Assembly: GCF_006345805.1 (NCBI RefSeq)
Contig: NC_043009.1
Coordinates: 10,664,001 to 10,728,000, forward strand
Direction of reading: 5' to 3'
Length of the DNA: 64,000 bases
Origin: Octopus sinensis
Lineage: Eukaryota
The notes beneath the pieces are model-generated. The model was given only the letters and a program-made list of their open reading frames with translations, searched no databases and was not told where the DNA came from. Each line of letters opens with the position of its first letter. Within the stretch, counting starts at the first letter, position 1. Both the position numbers and the translations under genes were made by a program. Below, piece after piece: positions 40,691 to 53,809 of this stretch.

Positions 40691-41440
40691 CACGCATACA
40701 CACGCAATGAACTTAAAAAGAAAGAAGACATATTAGTTTTAGCAAAATGCATTAGTTTAACGCTAAAAAGGAAAGGAAAGAGTCTTAAATCTGAGGGCGC
40801 AAATCCTTCACCAGAAGGAAAGGAAAATAAAAGAGAATGAAAAACAAAGACGTCTGAAAGAAGAAAAAAGGCGGGCCAAGTGGTCAGTGGCCAGGGGTAA
40901 ATGCGGTTTTAGAAGGGAAGTTAAGAAGGGAGAAGGCAGGTGCGTGTGTTCTAATAAGAGTGAATCTACGTATTGAGATATCCATAAGAGAAAGATCTGG
41001 TGTATTTGTGTATGTGTGTAGCTTATGGTATGTGTTTGTGTGTAGAGATTTGCATGTGTGTGTGTGAGTACAGAGGTGTGGGATAGTGGGGATTAGGGGG
41101 TTAGTTAGCGTCTATGTGTAATAGCATTGTGTACGAGCAGAGCGTGGAGGTGTAAGGTAGCAGCAGATGCGAGCATGAAGTGAAAGGCAAGGCAAGTGGA
41201 ATGTAATGGAAGTGCGGGAAAAAAGTGTGTGTGTGTGTGTGGATGTGTGTGGATGTGTGATACTGTTGGTAGAGAAGCAAGAGGCGAAAGACGACAAAGT
41301 TGAGAAAGAAGAGAATAGCAATAGCGCAGCAAAAGGAATGAAAGTGTAGTTACTGTAAAATACATAATTATATTAGTAATTTAATATTAATTACAAATAA
41401 GATATCTTCATTATACTAAATAATGTATTGATAATAATAA

Positions 41441-41654
41441 TACTTTCTACTGAAAGCACAAATCTTCTAATTTGTTGGGAAGGGATTAAGTCGATTACAT
41501 CGATCCCAGTGCGTAACTGGTATTTATTTAATCGACCTCGAAAGGATGAAAGGCAAAGTCGACCTTGGCGGAATTTGAACTCAGAACATAAAGACGGGCG
41601 AAATTCCGCAAAGCATTTTGCCCGTCATGCTAGCGACTCTGCTAGCTCGCCGCC
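41441..41654 (-). mobile_element. SINE family D, tail B
   Basis: Reverse-complement head and core. Confidence 0.85.
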
Positions 41655-42893
41655 TTGATAGTAATGATAATTTTTTTATTTTATATTTTATCTAGTTTCA
41701 GCTCACAAGCTGTGGCCATGCTGGGGCACCGCCATTTAAAAAAGTCCTGGAGATTCCGGGGATAATGATAATAATGATAATAAATGAATAATTTTATTTA
41801 ACTTACTAACTAAATTTAATAGCTACAATAATAATTCTTATACTATTGTATAGTTGTTAGCATGTATTCTTACTGCAGCAATCTAATTTTGTTACTTCTG
41901 AAAGAATTAATAAAATTTAGATATATACTATTTATAGTCCTTTATCTTAAAAAAAAAACAATAATAATATTGATTATATCTATCGTGTATCAGTACTCAC
42001 TCTTGACTTTGCTGATCTTACTTTATTTAATTTAATTAATTCTCTCTTCCATAATATACGTATAGAGAGACATTTACTTGTTAGTTACTGTGAATAATCC
42101 TGATTTAGGTAACTCTAAATGTGGTTACTTCTGAAAAACTAGTAATATTTTGATATCCATTATTATAAGTGTTGTTATATATTGCCAATACAATATTATT
42201 GTGCCATTTATATTTATTTACATGTTTTGTTACAGTCTCTATATTAAGTAAGACCCTAACACTTAATTTATATACTTACATATTGTTATTGAATGCTATT
42301 ATGATAGTCATAGACCTAAACGAATTTGGATTAATATTATTTGAGACATATAGAAATATATTTCGATAGCTGTAAATTCTATTTACTTAATCGCTTTGTC
42401 CGTTATAAATTTGTCGTCTTTTTAATTGTAATTGTAATTTAGTTTTTTACAATACAGCCGTCCTTTCACGCGGAATTTCGTCTATCTTTAAACCAAAGCT
42501 CTGAAGAGACTTATATGTGAACTGTTTATAAATGAAATAATGTATATAAATCGAAAGAAATTGTTGGCTATTTTGGTTTTTTAAAGATTTTTTTAATGCT
42601 ATCTTTATATCATGTTATATTATAATTTAGATAAGTAATTGGATTGTCAATTGAATCTCCCTATTTAACTTTTGGTTTGTAATTTGAATTATACCCCTAT
42701 TTATGTGGTATTCAACTGACGTAACAGTGAATTGTATGTTTTACACCCCTCTTTGAAGGAATTCCTTTCCTTAGTTTGTTACTTATTATATATATATATA
42801 TAATGTACATATATTGATTGATATTGATTCCAGTTTCACTCATGAGCTGTGGCCATGCTGGGGCACCGCCATTATATATTATATATTATATTA

Positions 42894-42954
<61 letters not shown>

Positions 42955-43418
42955 TATATATATATATATATAGATATATATATATATATTATATATATAT
43001 ATTATATATCATATAATATATTAATGTACATATGTATATATATGTATATATATATAATTAATCATATAGGGTGGCAAAACATTTCGCAGAATTTTTTGCC
43101 ACCAGCGGCCTAGTGGGAAAAAAATTAAATAGTCATAGACCATTTATAAATTCAACAGCAAAATCAAGGAACGGCCATAATAGGCCATTCACCCACTAGA
43201 AATAACAGCCAAGGCTTCAACCGCAAAACAACATTAATTCCGTAGCCACCCTATATTGATTAATTATGAATTTTCTGGTTAATTCCGTAATGGAATCGGC
43301 GGCTTATATTTGCTGCCGATAAATTTGGCGCGAGTGCGATGATTTGAAAATTTTAGGTCAGATATTGCTGAGACAGTGGTGGAAGTGCCTCGTGTAAATA
43401 TCTGCTCCGATCTGGCCG

Positions 43419-43523
43419 TTCTTTACTGATGAATCTATCGGCCTATGGAAGACTAGCTTGATTTAATTTAATCAGGTTAGTTTACCATTAAACAATAGAC
43501 GAAACGGTGCATCGTATAAAGAA
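43419..43523 (+). ncRNA. Type I hammerhead ribozyme with extended stem II
   Basis: UUCUUUA-CUGAUGA-A-UCUAU..(ACUAGCUUGAUU/AAUCAGGUUAGU)..AUAGA-C-GAAA-CGGUGCAUCG-UA-UAAAGAA; perfect 7-bp stem I. Confidence 0.75.
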
Positions 43524-43904
43524 TTACAGGGTAAATGTTTTTTAATTTTCTCCTGGTTTACGGAATTAATGTTGTTTTGCGGTTGAAGCCTTGGCTGTTA
43601 TTTCTAGTGGGTGAATGGCCTATTATGGCCGTTCCTTGATTTTGCTGTTGAATTTATAAATGGTCTATGACTATTTAATTTTTTTTCCCACTAGGCCGCT
43701 GGTGGCAAAAAATTCTGCGAAATGTTTTGCCACCCTATATTGATTAATTATGAATTTTCTGGTTAATTCCGTAATGGAATCGGCGGCTTATATTTGCTGC
43801 CGATAAATTTGGCGCGAGTGCGATGATTTGAAAATTTAGGTCAGATATTGCTGAGACAGTGGTGGAAGTGCCTCGTGTAAAATCTGATCTGCTCCGATCT
43901 GCCG

Positions 43905-44009
43905 TTCTTTATTGATGAATCTATCGGCCTATGGAAGACTAGCTTGATTTAATTTAATCAGGTTAGTTTACCATTAAACAATAGACGAAACGGTGCATCG
44001 TATAAAGAA
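43905..44009 (+). ncRNA. Second tandem hammerhead copy (C3U core change)
   Basis: Same as 43419-43523 except core UUGAUGA. Confidence 0.6.
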
Positions 44010-44244
44010 TTACAGGGTAAATGTTTTTTAAATTTTCTCCTGGTTTACGGAATTAATGTTGTTTTGCGGTTGAAGCCTTGGTGCAGATGTGTCTTATCGG
44101 GTGATAGACACAACTCGTTTAAATAACAGTTTTGCAATTTATCTTCTCAATTCGTAGAAAAAAATATTTTCGGCTCTTTACATCTTGATTGATGTTCTAA
44201 GTGGCAAAGAATGTCTTAATTAGGTACTCATAGTCCTCTTCCTG

Positions 44245-44700
44245 CAACTTCTCTTATGACTGATCCTACCTATATTTGATGAGCAAGTTATGCTGCATAA
44301 GCTGCAAGCAAGGAAGGCGCTTCAGGGCTGCAGTATGTTGTCTTTCTGGGGGTTTTTTTTTGGGGCGTTTTACTTCGAGGGCCCGGATATTTTCTCCTTC
44401 GAACTTTTTGACTGCTTTGCTCACTTAAGTTTTCCTTGTTGTTCTGGCTTCAGCTAACTTTCCTCAAGCTTTGGCACTTGATCAGCTTCTCTTATATGTG
44501 TCCTTAAATCCCAGCTTTTGTTATCCTCTGGGTCTGCTACCTCAAGCCAACTCTGCATACAACAGCTGTTTGGGAATTCTGTTGTCATCCATCCGCTTCC
44601 CATATCCAAGCCACTTCAGCCTCCTTTTGCACAGAATTGTTGTCATGCTCGGAAGTGCTGCCTGTTTCAAGACTTCCGTTTTGGTTACTTTGCCTTTCCA
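44245..44700 (-). pseudogene. RTE-clade LINE 3' remnant
   Basis: WKGKVTKTEVLKQAALPSMTTILCKRRLKWLGYGKRMDDNRIPKQLLYAELA and terminal CSLCSITCSSNIGRISHKRSC motif. Confidence 0.85.
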
Positions 44701-45124
44701 AGTGTGTATGTGTGCGTGTGTGCGTGAGAGAGAGAGAAAGAGAGAAAGAGAGAAAGAGAGATAGGGAGAGAGGGAGAGAGAGAGAGAGAGAGAGAGAGTT
44801 ATAAATGTCCCTAATTTAATATGTGTTTTGTTAAACGCTTTTGTTCTTAACACGCGTTTTTTTACGTCTTTAGAGGGCCCTACCTTGGACGAAAACCCTC
44901 AGCCTTTTAGCACCACATTAAGAATGTGACATTTACAACGTTTGCATTATATAATATATATATATATAGAGAGAGAGAGAGGGGGGAGAGAGAGAGAGGG
45001 GGGAGAGAGAGAGGGGGGAGAGAGAGAGAGGGGGGAGAGAGAGAGAGGGGGGAGAGAGAGGGAGAGAGACAGAGATAGATAGATAGATATATATATATAT
45101 TATATATATATTATATATATATAC

Positions 45125-45194
<70 letters not shown>

Positions 45195-45615
45195 ATTATA
45201 TATATATATATACACACACACATTTGTATGCGTGTGTGTGTATGTTTGTATAATACATGCATGTAGGCAACAAGAAGCAGATAAAGGTGTGAGCAGGAAT
45301 CGGAATGCAAAGTGTGAATCATATAATCGGAAGTGAGGAAAACGAAAAAAAAAAACATGACATAGAAAAAGGGGGAAAAGCGCATAAAAAGTAGGGGTTC
45401 AGAGAGAGAGAGAAAAAAAAAACAGAAATAAATGTTTATGCTTTAAGGTTGCACAGTTGACAGTTGCAGAGAGACTTAAGAGATCCGAGATGGTAAATTG
45501 GTAAAATCCAGGACTTGAATTCCAGATATAAATTACGCAGGAGAGGAACAACCGTAAAAAATAAAGTTAGAAAATGTGGTGTGATATTTTCGTTCGGTAT
45601 ATCTTTATGTTAATA

Positions 45616-46030
45616 GCGTAGGAGTGGCTGTGTGGTAAGTAGCTTGTTTACCAACCACATGGTTCCGGGTTCAGTCCCACTGCGTGGCACATTGGGCAAG
45701 TGTCTTCTACTATAGCCTCGGGCCGACCAAAGCCTTGTGAGTGGATTTGGTAGACGGAAACTGAAAGAAGCCTGTCGTATATATGTATATATATGTATAT
45801 GTATGTGTGTGTTTGTGTGTCTGTGTTTGTCCCCCTAGCATTGCTTGACAACCGATGCTGGTGTGTTTACGTCCCCGTTACTTAGCGGTTCGGCAAAAGA
45901 CACCGATAGAATAAGTACTGGGCTTACAAAGAATAAGTCCCGGGGTCGATTTGCTCGACTAAAGGCGGTGCTCCAGCATGGCCGCAATCAAATGACTGAA
46001 ACAAGTAAAAGAGTAAAAGAGTAAAAGAGT
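45616..46030 (+). mobile_element. SINE family C, full length
   Basis: Head, B box, core, microsatellite, tail. Confidence 0.92.
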
Positions 46031-46135
46031 ATACAACTTTTTCTCATAAATCTCAAAGAGTCACAGAACAGTAAGAACGGAATTGGCATAGTCAGTCGTG
46101 AACACAATGACCTCGGTATCAAAGTCAAAGCTATC

Positions 46136-46358
46136 TACGTGGGGGATCTGAAAATTTCCTGGCTTTGAGTAAAAAAAAAAACATAGAAGGATCAGTTAAT
46201 TATGATTTTATCCAACATACACTTCTCACAGATTGACGCACTTCTTTCGGCGATCCTTCATTTTTTCTAAGCCCTGTAAAAGAACACAGAAGGTTGGGTC
46301 TCCAGCCAGGCCTATCACGATACTCTTAAAGCCAGGAGGTTTTCAGAACCTCCTCACA
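46136..46358. mobile_element. Short mariner-type MITE
   Basis: Imperfect TIRs tacgtgggggatctgaaaatttcctggctttgag / ctcttaaagccaggaggttttcagaacctcctcaca. Confidence 0.65.
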
Positions 46359-46506
46359 ATAACCTTAAAGTAGATATTTTAGAGCTTCTGTAGAAAGCAT
46401 ACTGGTACATGGATTTGTATACTGGACATTTACGAAAGTAATGGAAACCGGAGTCAATAGAACATTTGCCAAGTTGTTAGAAAAGTTAATAACGTTAAAA
46501 TTTATA

Positions 46507-46902
46507 GGCGCAGGAGTGGCTGTGTGGTAAGTAGCTTGCTTGCCAACCACATGGTTTCGGGTTCAGTCCCACTGCGTGGCACCTTGGGCAAGTGTCTTCT
46601 ACAATAGCGTCGGGCCGAACAAAGTCTTGTGAGTGGATTTGGTAGACGGAAACTGAAAGAAGCTTGTCGTATATATGTATATGTATATATATATATGTGT
46701 GTTTGTGTGTCTGTGTTCGTCCCCACAACATCGCTTGACAACCGATGCTGGTGTGTTTACGTCCCCGTTACTTAGCGGTTCGGCAATAGAGACCGATAGA
46801 AGTACTAGGCTTACAAAGAATAAGTCCTGGGGTAGATTTGTTCGACTAAAGGCGGTGCTGCAGCATGGCCGCACTCAAATGACTGAAACAAGTAAAAGAG
46901 AG
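46507..46902 (+). mobile_element. SINE family C, full length
   Basis: Head, B box, core, microsatellite, tail. Confidence 0.92.
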
Positions 46903-46959
46903 TAATGTGTAACGTTTCTTGCAAGCAATATTTACCGAAGAGTGTAGAAAATGGAAATA

Positions 46960-47199
46960 TGAGATTACTAACAGGAACAAATCAAATAAAACTCGCTTAT
47001 GTATGTGGGACACTGTTGGTGAAAATAAAAGATGAATTCGTGCATCAATTATTGCTATGGGAAACCAGAAAATGGTGAATGAAAAAAGATGTATTTCTTG
47101 TCAAACATGGGCAACAGTTCACGGAAGACACAGGCTTTGATGATGGAGGCCAGGAAAGCGCTAAAGAGAAAAGCCAACAGGATTCGTGTAGACTAGACG

Positions 47200-47230
<31 letters not shown>
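46960..47230 (+). pseudogene. Decayed RTE-like LINE 3' end with (GAT)n tail
   Basis: Degenerate GHCW..KDEFVHQLLLWE..QFTEDTG peptide followed by (GAT)n. Confidence 0.6.
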
Positions 47231-48144
47231 AATTAGATACAGCATGTTAAATACTTTAAGTAGAGCTAAAATGATCCAATATGTATGCGATGATAAGCCA
47301 GGAAACTGAAACTTTTTTTTATTAAATTAAATGACAGTTTATCGAAGACAGCGCACGCTACGATTCAATGTCAAATCCTGATTCACCAGTAAAAGAAATA
47401 ATTGTGTACATATATGGCAGTCATTTAAATACAGTTTTCGGTTATTCCGTATCTTAACAGTCAAATGCTGATAATAAAGCGGTTATCTTATCAAGTGCTG
47501 ATACCGAATTTATCACTGTGCACATATTGCAGAATCTATGCTCTTTAAAACAGCTTCTACTATATGTACACAATGTGGTTTATGTAACAAAAGAATAACA
47601 CACACACACACACAGACAACCAAAAATGGTTTCGAAGGCGGTTACCATGTTTCCTTTTAAGTTGGTTTTCAATGCCGGTTAACCACAGCGAATGTTGGTG
47701 ATATCCGAGTTAGTAATAAGTTCCTAGACTCTCGTTTATTCTTCCTGAAAAGTACTATAAGGAAGCACTTGTTTGTAGAATACCCAAGCACTTAAACACT
47801 AATTCGAGGAGTTCGGTAGCTCAGTTGATAGATCAGTTAAAATCTTATAGTTGGAAATTGTGCCCGAGATCCATGTACGTACACACGCACACGAGAAAGC
47901 ATGTAGACGCACAAACACACAGACACACACATCACACTCACACACACACGTGCGCGCATCCACACACATGCGCGCGTGCACACACGCACACACGACGAAC
48001 GGCAGAGTTGGCTCTTATACACACGTCATTGGTCTGCTTTTTGCTATCGTAGAAGATATTAGCACAAGATGACACGTAGAGCGCTGCGACTAAATACTAC
48101 AAGACTACGTATAAGTGAATAAAACGTATTTGCCACACAGCCTA

Positions 48145-48365
48145 TACTCTTTACTCTTTTACTTGTTTCAGTCATTTGACTGCGGCCATGCTGGAGCACC
48201 GCCTTTAGTCGAGCAAATCGACCCCAGGACTTATTCTTTGTAAGCCTAGTACTTATTCTATCGGTCTCTTTTGCCGAACCGCTAAGTTGCGGGGACGTAA
48301 ACACACCAGCATAGGTTGTCAAGCGATTTTGGGGGGACAAACACTGACACGCATACATATATACA

Positions 48366-48422
<57 letters not shown>

Positions 48423-48534
48423 CCTGCTCGCTTAGCCAGCGGGGTGGCGTCATTCGAAGGCTAAAACAATATGTACGCATTGTGATCAGCGATGTGTAAC
48501 TACCTCTGATGGACTGGTCGGTCACGTGATCACA

Positions 48535-48587
<53 letters not shown>

Positions 48588-48752
48588 TACGACGGGCTTC
48601 TTTCAGTTTCCGTCTACCAAATCCACTCACAAGGCTTTGGTCGGCCCGAGGCTATAGTAGAAGACACTTGCCCAATGTGCCACTGAGTGGAACTGAACCC
48701 GGAACCATGTGGTTCGTAAGCAAGCTGCTTACCACATAGCCACTCCTGCGCC
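48145..48752 (-). mobile_element. SINE family C with a nested family-R tail B fragment (48419-48530, + strand)
   Basis: The two halves of the C copy flank the insert, which sits inside its internal (TA)n. Confidence 0.88.
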
Positions 48753-49629
48753 TATATCTATGAAAATATTTTTAAAAATTTCACTAATGTAGAGATTTGT
48801 TTATGAAAATGTGGTTACCATGTAATAGTTTTAAAGATAGCAATAAGCTTATGAACGGGTTTTAATCGTTGTTAAAATGAAAATAATGGAATAGAGATGA
48901 TTATATGAAGTAAGTTGAAGTGAATTAAATTCTGATAGAGAGGGAAGTGATAGCAACTTTCAATTTATTCGTAATTTGTTACTAGAAGATGGCTGCTGTG
49001 AAAGTGAAAAAGATACACAGTTTGTTTAGACATGAACCATTATGAAATATAGTAAGACATCTAGTCTAGCTTGTATGATAAAATGTTTCAAGAAATTAAT
49101 AAAGAGGATATAAATATCGTCTACTATTTTTTCGAAGATAACAGTTTTTAAGATTGTCTGATTTTGTACATTGAACGGGAGAGACAGAACAAATTTAAAT
49201 CACAACAGCTGTCATGAAATGAAATAAAAAAGAGAGGCAAAAAATAATATAATAAATGAATACATTAGATGTACGTTGTGGTATTCATTACCGTAAAAGT
49301 TTATTTACAAATGGTCTTAGTTTAAGTTTTGTTATAAAACCGCAGGAAAAGCATTTGGACGCTAAAATGTGGCAACAGAGTAATGTAATTAGATACTGTC
49401 AAAAATACTAGAAGAGTACAATAAAATAGTGAAATATATCCATGTATTTTCGTTGTTAGTCGAATGGTCAGAAAAGATTGTTGGACTAAAGGAGAGTTAA
49501 TTTCCAGTGACAGATTTAGCTACAGAAAAAGCAATTTTGAAATGCTTAAGTGTTTTCCAAGCTTTTTGTCGACAAATCTTGACAGATGGTTAATAAGAGA
49601 CGGTCTGCATTATTGTGTAGGTAGTAATC

Positions 49630-50420
49630 TAGGTAGAATATATAACTGTTTCTGTTGTTGTTGGTTTTGCCGGTGCTGGTGATGTTTGTGGTTCTCGTCC
49701 CGGCGTAGGTAGCAGTGGAGGCCGTAGGTAGCAGCGAGCAGTCAAATGAGTCGTTTCTCCACACCTGAAATAATGCGGTATTTTGCCTTCAGTCATGATA
49801 TGTATCACCATCCCGTTGTGGAGACGGATGTTGTCCGGGATTTTTTTAATGTTTTCGGGTCTGATCTGGAGAAGTATCACCAGGTCAATTCCTGATCAGT
49901 CCTCCCTGGCAGTTCTTGTCGCCTCTATAGAGACAGTATCCGTCCCCTCTACAATTACGCATTCCAGAAGCCATCAAATATCTAGTCCTGGGCTGCACAT
50001 TTCTCTATGTGGGAGGGGTACATGATGACGTTGCTGGTTTTACAGGGTGGGGTCATTGAATGTTTCACAGCGTGGGCTTCTGGTTTAAGCAGCACCAAAA
50101 TGGTGTCATATTGTTTGCCCCTCGCTATGTATTCGATGTCATTTCTTATGCACCTCAGCGCTGCCTCAATATCTATTTGGGCTATCAAAGCCGCTCTATT
50201 CGTGTCTGTTGAGCTGCATCTGAAAAGCTCCGTTCTTCTCTCCACTGCTTCAATTGCCTCTGACGGGATTGTCAGATTTGCCCAATTGTTCTCTTGTTTA
50301 ATTAGTTTCCATGCCTCTGGGAGCATTTGCTCCCTATTTGTGAGGTCTACGGTATATCGGTGTTTGATCATGGCTGCTGCTGCAAAACTATTTTTGATAT
50401 TTTTATTTGTATTGCTTTCG
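49630..50420 (-). pseudogene. Non-LTR retrotransposon ORF1 (gag-like) remnant with degenerate zinc knuckle
   Basis: Minus-strand ORFs 49982-50842 and 49629-49880 join across a frameshift; IMTEGKIPHYFRCGETTHLTARC resembles CX2CX4HX4C with the first Cys lost. Confidence 0.65.
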
Positions 50421-50601
50421 TTGTTGTTTTTGTTTTTGTCACTGCTACTGCTGCTACCGCCGTTGTTGTTGTTCTGATCGATGTTGTTGCTATTGGTTTT
50501 GTTATTGTTGCTGTCGTCACTTTTGCTCTCGTTGTTGTTATTGTTGTCGCTATCGCTACTGCTACTGCTGTTGCTTTCTTTTTCGTGTTTGTTGCTGCTC
50601 T

Positions 50602-50692
<91 letters not shown>

Positions 50693-50693
50693 T

Positions 50694-50767
<74 letters not shown>

Positions 50768-51155
50768 GCGGCTCCTCCCCTTCCCCTGTATTGTTGCCCG
50801 TGGCAGAGGGAAGACTATTACCAATATGGTAATAGTCTTCATCTATTACCATATTGGTAGGAGGAGGTGTTTTACCTCAAATTTTTTAAGACGCGTTCCG
50901 CCATCTTATTGAGTTGTATTGATTCCATTAAATTTTAACGCCCGCCGAATTTATTTGGTGGGCCGAAAATCGCCACTCTGGTGGGGGTGGGGCTCTACAC
51001 AACCATCAACCACCAGTAATAGGTTCCTGGTGCTGCTATTCACAAGGTGGAATAAAGTAATTATTGCAAAAAGACACCAAATCTTGTGTAAATAAATATT
51101 TTGAACTGAACTTGAAGCGTTCGAAAACAGGTCCGATGTGTTCTGCAGCAAATAT

Positions 51156-51208
<53 letters not shown>

Positions 51209-51241
51209 TACTACTACTACTACTACTAACTACTACTACTA

Positions 51242-51287
<46 letters not shown>

Positions 51288-51289
51288 CT

Positions 51290-51362
<73 letters not shown>

Positions 51363-51748
51363 GCGGCTCCTCCCCTTCCCCTGTATTGTTGCCCGTGGCA
51401 GAGGAAGACTATTACCAATATGGTAATAGTCTTCATCTATTACCATATTGGTAGGAGGAGGTGTTTTACCTCAAATTTTTTAAGACGCGTTCCGCCATCT
51501 TATTGAGTTGTATGATTCCATTAAATTTTAACGCCCGCCGAATTTATTTGGTGGGCCGAAAATCGCCACTCTGGTGGGGGTGGGGCTCTACACAACCATC
51601 AACCACCAGTAATAGGTTCCTGGTGCTGCTATTCACAAGGTGGAATAAAGTAATTATTGCAAAAAGACACCAAATCTTGTGTAAATAAATATTTTGAACT
51701 GAACTTGAAGCGTTCGAAAACAGGTCCGATGTGTTCTGCAGCAAATAT

Positions 51749-51804
<56 letters not shown>

Positions 51805-51824
51805 TACTACTACTACTACTACTA

Positions 51825-51861
<37 letters not shown>

Positions 51862-52265
51862 TACTACTACTACTACTGCGGCTCCTCCCCTTCCCCTGTA
51901 TTGTTGCCCGTGGCAGAGGAAGACTATTACCAATATGGTAATAGTCTTCATCTATTACCATATTGGTAGGAGGAGGTGTTTTACCTCAAATTTTTTAAGA
52001 CGCGTTCCGCCATCTTATTGAGTTGTATTGATTCCATTAAATTTTAACGCCCGCCGAATTTATTTGGTGGGCCGAAAATCGCCACTCTGGTGGGGGTGGG
52101 GCTCTACACAACCATCAACCACCAGTAATAGGTTCCTGGTGCTGCTATTCACAAGGTGGAATAAAGTAATTATTGCAAAAAGACACCAAATCTTGTGTTA
52201 AATAAATATTTTGAACTGAACTTGAAGCGTTCGAAAACAGGTCCGATGTGTTCTGCAGCAAATAT
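50768..52265. repeat. Three tandem copies of a ~380-bp unit separated by (TAA)n(CTA)n tracts
   Basis: Units at ~50768-51146, ~51363-51747 and ~51877-52264, differing mainly by single-base indels. Confidence 0.9.
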
Positions 52266-52398
<133 letters not shown>

Positions 52399-52444
52399 TA
52401 ATATAATAATAATAGCGATGGATGATGACGATGTAAACAACAAC

Positions 52445-52558
52445 AACAACAATAACAATAATAATAAGAAAAAGCTGGCTCAAAACTTTAATGACATACT
52501 GGCAGAGTCAGAGACAATGCCTGAATGGCTCACGAAAGGAAAAAAAAAACATCTTAAT

Positions 52559-52589
<31 letters not shown>

Positions 52590-53150
52590 TGATGGTGTTG
52601 AAGAAATGCGGAAAATCGAAAAGATGACAAATACAGAGAATGAAATATCACAGATTGTAATGATTCTAAAATTATATGAGAATCCTAAAGGAACCTGTCA
52701 ATATGAGGAGTGATACAATTTTGAACGATCTATATAGTTTGTGTTCATTCGTAAATGAGTTTACAAAGAACAAGATAAAAAAAAAAACGAAGAAAAATAA
52801 GACTTACATCGAAAAGCAGATTAACGTAGCGAAAATAACGGACGGAAGATTGATCACCAGAGGCGAGAATGGTAAAAGCAAGCATAACACCAGAACAATA
52901 AACAGAGAAAATAACAACGGAAAGATTAACCCACACATTGCAAAATGGGCAATTGGAAAGGGCTTTGGAAATGACAACGTGTCAACTTTCTGGATAAAAT
53001 ATCTAAAATATTAACCCCAAAGAAATTGAACATTTATTCGAAGTGTTACTGAAAGGACCATAAACAACACAGTTGGAAGAAATAGCATCGAATTTCACAA
53101 ACTGGAAATACATATGATCACAAAAATATGGAGTCCGTAATCTGCTTGTT
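52445..53150 (+). pseudogene. Rearranged, decayed R4-like LINE RT fragments
   Basis: KKLAQNFNDILAESETMPEWLTKG and NWK..GNDNVSTFWIKYL resemble the start of an RLE-clade RT. Confidence 0.6.
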
Positions 53151-53184
53151 CGAATGATACAATGCGTTTGAATCTACCCTACTA

Positions 53185-53750
53185 TTGGGTTGTCCGGAAA
53201 GTTCGTGCCAATTTTTAAAGGAAAGAAAATGGTCAACAAATACTTGCCATTACATTTTTAATCAACCAAATATGAACCATTTTATTGCACAATGCGTCTC
53301 AATCTTTCCTTTAACTTGAAAGTACCGTCTTCGCAGAATTGAGGTGGTTTCATGGCAAAGAATTCTTCAAGGTGTCTTTTTACGTCATCCAAGGAATTGA
53401 AATTTTTACCATTAAGACTATTCTGCAGAGACCTGAATAAGTGGAAATCCGAAGGAGCAATATCTGGTGAATATGGAGGGTGGGGTAACACATCCCCGCC
53501 GAGCTGAAGCAAATTTTGTCTGGTTCCCAAAGCATGAAGTGCCGAAAATGAACTTTCTTATCTTCCATTTTAAAGGGTTACAGAATTAACACAGGTTATA
53601 GGAACATAAACCTTCTTCTACGAAAAGATAGCTTAAACTGTGCTCTAAATGTAGGTGTAGTGAAATCCTATTTTATGGACTCAATCATGTTCTAAAATAA
53701 GTCGAAAGGTAAGCTACTATAAATCGGCACGAACTTTCCGGACAACCCAA
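53185..53750 (-). mobile_element. Internally deleted mariner with intact TIRs
   Basis: TIRs ttgggttgtccggaaagttcgtgcc / ggcacgaactttccggacaacccaa with TA flanks; MEDKKVHFRHFMLWE start joined to HPPYSPDIAPSDFHLFRSLQN. Confidence 0.9.
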
Positions 53751-53809
53751 TACAAAAAGAAAAGTGGAAACGTAAATGCTTGCGGAAAAACAGTAAGTAT
53801 TCCGACGTT

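Larger units (their letters stand above)
43054..44081 (+). mobile_element. Non-autonomous Penelope/retrozyme-like element: 190-bp inverted arm plus ~1.7 tandem monomers of ~486 nt
   Basis: 43054-43244 is the reverse complement of ~43559-43750; 43245-43590 repeats at 43729-44081; one hammerhead per monomer; abuts (TA)n. Confidence 0.75.

Noticed and set aside
42500-42540. ctgaagagacttatatgtgaactg hammerhead-like string
   Set aside because: GAAC instead of GAAA and no stem I pairing.
50768-52265. CRISPR-like or satellite array
   Set aside because: Units are ~380 bp with microsatellite spacers and no cas genes, in a eukaryotic context.
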